In this document: piece after piece, positions 48,430 through 55,420 of the stretch | Numbering within the stretch: position 1 is the first letter of the stretch | How the letters are laid out: every line of letters starts with the position of its first letter | Assembly (NCBI GenBank): GCA_002393945.1 | Contig: DGSO01000020.1 | Location: forward strand, 38,517-102,516 | Direction of reading: 5' to 3' | From: Bacteroidales bacterium UBA4360 | Lineage (GTDB): Bacteria; Bacteroidota; Bacteroidia; Bacteroidales; UBA932 | DNA: 64,000 bases | Program-made: the position numbers and the translations under genes | Notes under the pieces: generated by a model | What the model was told of the DNA's origin: nothing | Database searches by the model: none | Seen by the model: only the letters and a program-made list of their open reading frames with translations

Positions 48430-48530
48430 GGTATATAGTTTTTTGTGTTTTCAAATTTAGTAAATTAATATTGATTTTATACAAAAAAGCCGCTAAATTT
48501 GCAAAACATTAAGTAACAAACCGCATTATA

Positions 48531-49484
48531 ATGACAAACGTACTAGTTATAGGTTCCACCGGACAGATTGGCTCCGAACTCACGATGAAGTTACGCAGGG
48601 AAATTCCCGGCAGCACGGTTGTAGCCGGTTACATCCCCGGCGCAGAACCCAAAGGCGAACTTCTTGAAAGCGGCCCGGCAGAGATAGCCGACGTAAGGGA
48701 TGCAAAGGCCCTTGCCGATATCGTTTCAAAGTATAAGATAGATACCATATATAATCTTGCGGCGCTGCTGTCTGCAGTTGCAGAGCGCAAGCCTCTCCTC
48801 GCCTGGGACATCCAGATGAACGGACTCCTCAATATCCTTGAGGTTGCACGCGAGAAAGGCGTAGCCGTTTTCACGCCCTCGTCAATCGGCTCCTTCGGCC
48901 CGGAAACCCCTCATCAGGGAACTCCGCAGGACACCATCCAGCGCCCCCGCTCAATGTACGGCGTTACCAAGGTTGCCACAGAACTTCTCAGCGACTATTA
49001 TTTCCACAAATACGGCGTTGACACCCGTTCCGTACGTTTCCCGGGCCTTATCTCCTACACTACCCTTCCCGGCGGCGGCACCACGGATTACGCCGTTGAA
49101 GTTTACTATTCCGCAGTCAAAGGAGAAGAATTCGTATGCCCCATCGCCCCCGGCACATTCATGGACATGATGTACATGCCTGATGCCCTCAAGGCCGCCG
49201 TAGACCTCATGCAGGCCGATCCCTCCCGCCTCAAGCACCGCAATTCCTTCAATATCGCATCCATGAGTTTCGAGCCCGAACAGCTCTTCGCAAAGATCCG
49301 CGAATACGTACCCGGACTCCGCGTCCGCTACGAGGTGGATCCCGTGCGCCAGGCAATCGCAACCTCATGGCCGGACAGCATGGATGACAGCTGCGCCCGT
49401 GAGGAATGGGGTTGGAAACCGTCATATACACTTGACCAGATGACACAGGATATGCTGCTTCATCTGAGAGAAAAATTATTGTAA
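48531..49484 (+). CDS. tdh: L-threonine 3-dehydrogenase, SDR/epimerase type
   Basis: GSTGQIG, LSAVAE, PSSIG-FG, YGVTK, PGGGTTDY; divergent from kbl. Confidence 0.88.
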   Translation: MTNVLVIGSTGQIGSELTMKLRREIPGSTVVAGYIPGAEPKGELLESGPAEIADVRDAKALADIVSKYKIDTIYNLAALLSAVAERKPLLAWDIQMNGLLNILEVAREKGVAVFTPSSIGSFGPETPHQGTPQDTIQRPRSMYGVTKVATELLSDYYFHKYGVDTRSVRFPGLISYTTLPGGGTTDYAVEVYYSAVKGEEFVCPIAPGTFMDMMYMPDALKAAVDLMQADPSRLKHRNSFNIASMSFEPEQLFAKIREYVPGLRVRYEVDPVRQAIATSWPDSMDDSCAREEWGWKPSYTLDQMTQDMLLHLREKLL

Positions 49485-49528
49485 TCGTTTGTATTTTTAG
49501 AATCGAAACATATTATAACACATTTAAA

Positions 49529-49543
49529 TATTGATAATCAATA
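49529..49543. promoter_or_regulatory. 7-1-7 palindrome, possible operator
   Basis: TATTGAT-A-ATCAATA, about 48 nt upstream of the orphan promoter. Confidence 0.4.
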
Positions 49544-49590
49544 GATTAGCATATTTTTTAAAAAATATTCAAAAAAATCTTTATAAAAAA

Positions 49591-49621
49591 TTTGCAAATC
49601 AAAGAAATTGTCGTACCTTTG
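49591..49621 (+). promoter_or_regulatory. Consensus Bacteroidota promoter, orphan
   Basis: TTTG (49591-49594), 19 nt, TACCTTTG (49614-49621). Confidence 0.8.
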
Positions 49622-49624
49622 TAT

Positions 49625-49743
49625 CCGGATTGAGGAAGTAAGGGTTCTCCTCACGGAATCAATCTATTGGTTATTAGTTTTAGTGTTATTAATTATGTGG
49701 TTAGTAGGAGCGTCCGCCTGTGAAGGTCGACGCTTTCTGTTTT
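49625..49743 (+). ncRNA. Candidate trans-acting sRNA (about 120 nt)
   Basis: Own promoter; 5' hairpin (CCG/CGG plus TGAGGA/TCCTCA); G/U-rich unstructured core 49665-49707; terminator GAGCGTC-C-GCCT-GTGA-AGGT-C-GACGCTT followed by TCTGTTTT. Confidence 0.7.
49707..49743 (+). terminator. Intrinsic terminator with a GNRA (GUGA) loop
   Basis: Stem 49707-49735 plus a U-rich tail. Confidence 0.75.
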
Positions 49744-49771
49744 ATATAATATCTGCAGCACGAATGGGAAC

Positions 49772-49797
49772 AAAAAAAGGCGCCTTGGAAGGCGCCT
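49772..49797 (-). terminator. tRNA-Cys terminator
   Basis: AGGCGCCT-TGGA-AGGCGCCT stem; continues as a T run on the minus strand. Confidence 0.8.
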
Positions 49798-49801
49798 GAA
49801 G

Positions 49802-49872
49802 AGGTGCGAAGCGGAATCGAACCGCTGTAGCAGGTTTTGCAGACCTGTGCCTGACCACTCGGCCATCGCACC
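49802..49872 (-). tRNA. trnC: tRNA-Cys (GCA), CCA not encoded
   Basis: GGTGCGA/TCGCACC acceptor stem, anticodon arm CAGGT-CTGCAAA-ACCTG, GGTTCGATTCC, U73 discriminator. Confidence 0.97.
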
Positions 49873-49883
49873 GTAAGGGAATG

Positions 49884-49914
49884 CAAAGTTAAGCCCTTTT
49901 TTGAAATATACAAA
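49884..49914 (-). promoter_or_regulatory. tRNA-Cys promoter
   Basis: TTTG, 19 nt, TAACTTTG on the minus strand. Confidence 0.8.
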
Positions 49915-49915
49915 A

Positions 49916-50383
49916 TTATTTTTCCGGCTTCTTCTTGTTGAAGATTACAAACTCCGACATGTAGAAATTGAAGAGGCCGGAGAAGCACAGACCTATCATG
50001 TTACATATCACCGGTTCGATGGAGTAGTCCTGCAGCCAGTCAATGCTAACGAAGAGGAAGTGGACACCCTGCATCACGATGAACTTTATGATGAACGCCC
50101 CTACCCCGGCTGCGTTATAACCGGCAAAATGGCGCCAGAAGGACCTGGCTCCGCGATAGGACACCCTCTCTTTCCAAACGAAGAAATACGCTATGATGAA
50201 ATTCGTCATGGCGGCGACTTCGAAGGAGATGACCGGAGCTATCCAGTAACTTCCCCAGTAATTGCCGCTGAAAACATAATGGGAGAGAATCCAGTGAAGT
50301 CCAAGGTCTACGATTGTCCCCGCCAACGACGTCAGCGAAAACAATACCAGTTTTTGGAGGATTTCCTTGAAACTTCTGCTCAT
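49916..50383 (-). CDS. GtrA family membrane protein
   Basis: Four TM helices, GTIVD, TNF..AYFFVW; real start MSRSFKE at 50383, just downstream of TACCTTTG (50399-50392). Confidence 0.85.
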   Translation of the reverse strand: MSRSFKEILQKLVLFSLTSLAGTIVDLGLHWILSHYVFSGNYWGSYWIAPVISFEVAAMTNFIIAYFFVWKERVSYRGARSFWRHFAGYNAAGVGAFIIKFIVMQGVHFLFVSIDWLQDYSIEPVICNMIGLCFSGLFNFYMSEFVIFNKKKPEK

Positions 50384-50461
50384 AGCAAAGACAAAGGTAC
50401 AATTATTTTTGGGATTGTCAGCATTTTCATCTAAATTAGCACCACTAAAACCCAAACCCAA

Positions 50462-51268
50462 ATGCCCGACTATACTATTAGTGTAGAGAAAATGTTCAAG
50501 GCGAAGTTCGGCCCCAAAACGCCGAAGCTTCTTATCAGCCTTGGCCGCAAACTCCTTCATGAGGATTGGCTGAACGAATTCTTCCGCCGCGGTTATACCG
50601 GTGTGGAATTTGCCGAAGAGACCCTCAAGTATCTGAACGTCACAATCAACGTCGAAGGCCTCGAGAATCTGAAGAAGGACGGCACTCTCTACACAATCGC
50701 CGGGAACCATGCCCTAGGCGGAATCGACGCCATAACTATGATTGCGGTTTTCGGCCGGCATTTCGACAGCAATCTCAAGTGCATGGTGAACGATTTCCTC
50801 ATGAACCTCCACCAACTGGACGGTTTCATGATTGCCGTAAACAAGGTATCACACGTACAGGCCCGTGAACTTGCCAGGGAGACAGATGAAATCTACTCCT
50901 CCGACAACCAGATTTTCATGTTCCCGGCCGGAAAAGTCTCCAGAAAGATCAAGGGTAAAATCCAGGACGACGTCTGGACCAAGACTTTCCTCACCAAGAG
51001 CATAAAATACCACCGGGACATAGTTCCAATGCACTTTTACGGCAGGAACACGTGGCGCTTCTACTTCGTTGACTGGATTGGAAAAGTGACCGGCATCAAC
51101 AAGAAATTCCCACTAGCGATGGCACTTCTTGTCGATGAGCTCTACCGTGCCCAGGGCAACACTTACAGGCTGGTTATAGGCAAGCCGATTCCCTGGAGTC
51201 ATTTTGACAGTTCAAAACGCCCCATCGAATGGGCACAATGGGTAAGGGAGAAAGTGTACGAGTTATGA
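50462..51268 (+). CDS. PlsC-superfamily acyltransferase (GlsA/OlsA-like)
   Basis: NHALGGID, FPAGKVSR, IVPMHFYGRN. Confidence 0.85.
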   Translation: MPDYTISVEKMFKAKFGPKTPKLLISLGRKLLHEDWLNEFFRRGYTGVEFAEETLKYLNVTINVEGLENLKKDGTLYTIAGNHALGGIDAITMIAVFGRHFDSNLKCMVNDFLMNLHQLDGFMIAVNKVSHVQARELARETDEIYSSDNQIFMFPAGKVSRKIKGKIQDDVWTKTFLTKSIKYHRDIVPMHFYGRNTWRFYFVDWIGKVTGINKKFPLAMALLVDELYRAQGNTYRLVIGKPIPWSHFDSSKRPIEWAQWVREKVYEL

Positions 51269-52251
51269 AAACTATAATTTCCCCTGTAGACAAGGCCCTT
51301 CTGAAGGCCGAACTTAATGAAAAGACATTCCTACGTGAAACAAACCGCGCAGGCAACCACCTCTATGTAGTGGGGCCCGAATCGGTCAATGTAATACGCG
51401 AAATCGGCAGGCTGCGCGAGATCGCCTTCAGGGACGGAGGCGGCGGAACCGGAGAAGAACTCGACATCGACCAGTTCGACACCGACCCCGCATACGGATA
51501 CAGGCAGCTTGTCCTCTGGGATCCGGAGGCCGAGGAAATCATCGGCGGCTACCGCTTCTGCCTGTGCGACAGGGCGGTCTACACAAGGGAAGGCCAGCCG
51601 ATTCTCACATCGTCCCACATGTTCGAGTTTTCGAGGAAGTTCCTCAATGATATACTGCCTTATACCCTTGAACTCGGCAGGTCGTTCATCTCCCTGGATT
51701 ACCAGAGCTCGAAGGCGGGTTCAAAGATGCTCTATGCCCTTGACAACCTGTTTGACGGCATTGCGGCCCTGGGTGTACTCTACCAGAACCGCATCAAGTT
51801 CCTGTTCGGCAAGATGACCATATACAGGGAGTATCCTCAGGAAGCGCGTGAGATGATTATGGTCTTCCTGAAAAAGTACTTCGGCAAAGGCCGCCGCCTC
51901 ATCCATATCAGGAAGGAAGTGAAGGTGGAGAATCCCAGGAAGTATTTAAAGCTGTTCAAGTCCGGGAACTTCAAGGATGATTATAAGATACTCAAGACCG
52001 AGGTAATGAAATTCGGAGTTTCAATCCCTCCTCTTGTGAATACCTACATGAACCTGTCCCCTACCATGATTTATTTCGGGACCGGCATCAACGATGAGTT
52101 CGGAGATATCTACGATTCAGGTATCCTCCTTGCCTTCGACGAGTTGTATCCCGAGAAAATTGACAGGCACTCGAAGTCCTTTGCCCGCCAGGGTCTGAGG
52201 AAAATCAAGGCCATCCTCAAGAATTTCCAGAAAATCCACAAGGTAAAGTAG
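51265..52251 (+). CDS. GNAT N-acyltransferase (GlsB/OlsB-like)
   Basis: EIGRLREIAFR-GGGG, DIDQFD, LELGRSF, YMNLSP; ATG overlaps the previous stop. Confidence 0.85.
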   Translation: MKTIISPVDKALLKAELNEKTFLRETNRAGNHLYVVGPESVNVIREIGRLREIAFRDGGGGTGEELDIDQFDTDPAYGYRQLVLWDPEAEEIIGGYRFCLCDRAVYTREGQPILTSSHMFEFSRKFLNDILPYTLELGRSFISLDYQSSKAGSKMLYALDNLFDGIAALGVLYQNRIKFLFGKMTIYREYPQEAREMIMVFLKKYFGKGRRLIHIRKEVKVENPRKYLKLFKSGNFKDDYKILKTEVMKFGVSIPPLVNTYMNLSPTMIYFGTGINDEFGDIYDSGILLAFDELYPEKIDRHSKSFARQGLRKIKAILKNFQKIHKVK

Positions 52252-52252
52252 C

Positions 52253-52954
52253 CTACTCCCTCACCGTGATGTGGAAGCAGGTCTGTTTCCTCTCGTATTT
52301 GACATAACAGGCTTTCCGGTCGTGAAGATCCTTCAGGACCTGTGAAAGCACGGCCCTCAGGTATTCCGGAGGGACGTCTTCATACGGACGGCCGCGAAGG
52401 TCCGGCACTTTGACATAATGCCAGTAAGATATGTCGAATGTGGTCCCGTAACGGTGGGTGGAATTCTCAGACGCATTGGTATTGCCCCTGCGCAGTTTCT
52501 TGACATCCTCTTCCGTCCTGAGTACGGACGTGATTACCAGTTTGTTGGGATTAAGGCCCTTGGAGGCCAGTGAGTCCAGGAAATTGGCGCCTATCCTGTC
52601 CAGAAGGGCCTTGGCGTTTGGAATCAGATAAGGGATGGAATGGGTAAGCGAGTCCACCACGTAAGAGTCGGTGTCTTCAAGAAGGACAAGTTTCTTCTTT
52701 GCATGCTCTGCAGCGGCCCTGTCTGCCACCGGAGGCACTCCGATTGCCTGGGCCATGCGAAGCTGCACATCGTTCAAATCTGCGAACTCGCGCGCAAACT
52801 TTACATCGTAAACCCTCTTTGGATGATTTTCTATCGGCCCGAGCGCAAGCCACCTTTTTTCCTGGATGCAACTCCTTGCGGAGAAGAAAGCCCAGGCCAG
52901 CAGGATAATAGCGGCCACAAGTAAAGAAACGCGGAAATAAGCAGTCTTTTTCAT
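52253..52954 (-). CDS. DUF5715-like protein, probable M15-type zinc peptidase fold
   Basis: N-terminal TM; ITSVLRT, STHRYGTTFDIS (H-x6-D), CFHITV. Confidence 0.7.
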   Translation of the reverse strand: MKKTAYFRVSLLVAAIILLAWAFFSARSCIQEKRWLALGPIENHPKRVYDVKFAREFADLNDVQLRMAQAIGVPPVADRAAAEHAKKKLVLLEDTDSYVVDSLTHSIPYLIPNAKALLDRIGANFLDSLASKGLNPNKLVITSVLRTEEDVKKLRRGNTNASENSTHRYGTTFDISYWHYVKVPDLRGRPYEDVPPEYLRAVLSQVLKDLHDRKACYVKYERKQTCFHITVRE

Positions 52955-53042
52955 ACACTACAAATGTAGCAATTAATTGTCTTTTCTTAAAATCTTTACT
53001 AACTTTGTAAGTTACGGGATAAAATGTCCTATGAATGATAAT

Positions 53043-53759
53043 ATGAGTGAAGAGAAAACACAAGCAAAAAGAATCCAAACTTCAATCCTTAACGGAGTTG
53101 AAAGAAAAATCCTGATCGCAATAGCGAACAAACTCCCCCACTGGGTTACATCGGACATGCTCACTTTCGTGGGTTTTTTGGGCGCCCTCATTATAGCAAC
53201 TGGTTTTGCGCTGTCCAACCTCAATCTCAACTGGCTATGGCTCACATGCTTCGGCCTTTTTGTCAACTGGTTCGGCGACTCCCTTGACGGAAGCCTCGCC
53301 AGGGTGCGCGGCACTCAGAGAAAAACTTACGGGTTCTATATTGACCACAATGTAGATGTCATCAACGAAACCATCATGTTCGTCGGTGCAGGTACAAGCC
53401 CCCTGGTAAACATGTCGTTTGCCATGCTGGCTCTAACCGCGTACTTCATGCTCAGCATTTATGTCTACATCAACTGCCACCTCAAGGGAGAGCACAAGCT
53501 TACCTATGCAGGGCTGGGACCCACTGAATTCCGTATCATCGTAGCCATAGTGTGCATTCTGTTCATGTACATTCCCTGGTTCAGTGAATGGAAAAAGGAC
53601 ATCGTCCTCTTCCACAACCAGTTCAGCGTGGGCCTCTTTGACTATATTACCGTAGCCATCGCACTTCTGATTTTCGGTTTCTATCTCATCAGTTTCCTCA
53701 AGGATGCCGCATATTTCAAGAAGATAGACCCCATCAAAAAACCTGAAGACAATAAGTAA
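53043..53759 (+). CDS. CDP-alcohol phosphatidyltransferase family protein
   Basis: DSLDGSLAR...GFYIDHNVD signature; promoter TAACTTTG at 53000; start may be 53031 or 53043. Confidence 0.9.
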   Translation: MSEEKTQAKRIQTSILNGVERKILIAIANKLPHWVTSDMLTFVGFLGALIIATGFALSNLNLNWLWLTCFGLFVNWFGDSLDGSLARVRGTQRKTYGFYIDHNVDVINETIMFVGAGTSPLVNMSFAMLALTAYFMLSIYVYINCHLKGEHKLTYAGLGPTEFRIIVAIVCILFMYIPWFSEWKKDIVLFHNQFSVGLFDYITVAIALLIFGFYLISFLKDAAYFKKIDPIKKPEDNK

Positions 53760-53762
53760 AGA

Positions 53763-54623
53763 ATGGTAATAACCCCGGAACAGGCTCCGCAGCTTCATCC
53801 AGTATTTGGAAAGAAAGGAGGCAAAACCCTTTTCAAACTGGCTTTGAAACTCACGGGGATAGACAAGGTAAACGCCCTGCACGACCGTGTAGAGAAACTT
53901 GGCGTATCACCGGGGCCTGATTTTGCGAAAGCCATTCTGGACGAAGTCGGAGTCGATTTCAATATCGGCAATGCCGATCGCCTGGACAATCTGCCGGACG
54001 GGCCGTTCATCTTCATAGCCAATCACATCTATGGCCATCTGGACGGCATCTGCCTGGTGGATTTGTTCGGACACAAGCGCCCTGCATCGAAGGTCATGGT
54101 GAACGAGTTTCTGATGTGGATTCACGGTCTCGCACCGAATTTCATCTCTGTCAATCCCTCTACAGACACTTCCAAGGGCACTACAGCGACCAGCATCAAC
54201 GGAGTAAAAGCGGCCTTGCTTCAGATTCGCGGCGGAGAACCCCTTGGAATCTTCCCTGCCGGAGCCGTTGCAGACCTCAAGCCAAAGGAAGGATGGACCG
54301 TAAGTGAAAGGGACTGGCAGGACGCGGCAATCCACCTGATACGAAAAGCAGGCGTTCCCATAGTTCCTGTCCGATTTTTTGACGGCAACTCAAAGTTCTA
54401 CTACCTTCTTGGCCTCATCCACTACAAGGTGCGTTTCCTGCGGCTGTTCCACGAACTGTTCAACAAGAAAGGGACCTCACCCCGGGTAGGAATCGGAGAG
54501 ACTATAACAGTAGAGCAGCAGAAAGCTGTTCCGGACGATGAATTCAAACAATTCCTCAGAAGCAGCGTCTACGACATGCCGCTTCCGAAGGAGTTCACAA
54601 AAAGATCTGAACTATGGAAGTAA
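53763..54623 (+). CDS. Second PlsC-superfamily acyltransferase
   Basis: NHIYGHLDG, FPAGAVA, IVPVRFFDGN. Confidence 0.85.
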   Translation: MVITPEQAPQLHPVFGKKGGKTLFKLALKLTGIDKVNALHDRVEKLGVSPGPDFAKAILDEVGVDFNIGNADRLDNLPDGPFIFIANHIYGHLDGICLVDLFGHKRPASKVMVNEFLMWIHGLAPNFISVNPSTDTSKGTTATSINGVKAALLQIRGGEPLGIFPAGAVADLKPKEGWTVSERDWQDAAIHLIRKAGVPIVPVRFFDGNSKFYYLLGLIHYKVRFLRLFHELFNKKGTSPRVGIGETITVEQQKAVPDDEFKQFLRSSVYDMPLPKEFTKRSELWK

Positions 54624-55420
54624 AGACAGTGCTTCTAACAGGAGGAAGCAGCGGAATTGGCGCTGCAACGGCAATCTTGCTCGCTAAAAACGGGATCAAG
54701 GTCTATGCCGGGTCCCGCCGCGGCACCGTAGCCGATTCCCACCCCAACATAGTTCCCGTCAAACTGGACGTGAATGATGCCGAAACCACAAAACTGGTGG
54801 TTGAGCGCATCGTCCAGGAAGAGGGCCGTCTCGATGCCGTAATCTGCAATGCCGGCGCCGGAATATACGGTCCGCTCGAAGGCACGACGGAGGAAGAAGC
54901 CCGTGAACAGTTCGAAACCACCTACTTCGGTTCATTCAAGACCATCGAAGCCTGCCTGCCGGTTTTCAGGAAACAGAATTTCGGCCGCATCATAACCGTC
55001 ACCTCCGTGATGGCCGTCCTGCAGCTTCCGTTCCAGGGCTTGTACTCCAGCGCAAAGGCCGCCCTCCTCTCCCTCTCGCAGTCCCTGTCACTGGAGCTGA
55101 AGGGAACCGGCATCGAATGCTGCAGCATACTTCCCGGAGACGTATCCACCGGTTTCACATCGGCAAGAAAGAAGACAGAGGCAGCACGGAGGGAAGATTC
55201 GCCCTACAGGGAGAGAATGGAGAAAAACCTGGCCAAAATCGAAAAGGATGAACTGGGCGGCATGGCCCCGTCCGTGATCGCAAACGCCATCTTCAGGCAG
55301 CTCGGGCGCCGTCACATGGCAGTCAGGGTCATCCCCCGCATAGACTACAAGGCAGTAGGATTCCTTGTAAGGGTCCTGCCTGCAAAGTGGGTTCTCTCGA
55401 TACTTAATCTCATCTATTGA
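54614..55420 (+). CDS. Short-chain dehydrogenase/reductase
   Basis: TGGSSGIG, NAG, YSSAK. Confidence 0.9.
   Translation: MEVKTVLLTGGSSGIGAATAILLAKNGIKVYAGSRRGTVADSHPNIVPVKLDVNDAETTKLVVERIVQEEGRLDAVICNAGAGIYGPLEGTTEEEAREQFETTYFGSFKTIEACLPVFRKQNFGRIITVTSVMAVLQLPFQGLYSSAKAALLSLSQSLSLELKGTGIECCSILPGDVSTGFTSARKKTEAARREDSPYRERMEKNLAKIEKDELGGMAPSVIANAIFRQLGRRHMAVRVIPRIDYKAVGFLVRVLPAKWVLSILNLIY

Noticed and set aside
49608-49799. 63-aa ORF over the candidate sRNA, with a hydrophobic stretch
   Set aside because: Its TTG start lies upstream of the -7 element, so it would not be on the transcript, and it runs through two terminators. A shorter internal peptide from ATG 49695 also crosses the terminator.
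49485-49915. tRNA-Cys as an integration site for an island
   Set aside because: No integrase, no duplicated tRNA 3' end, and the flanking genes are core metabolic genes.
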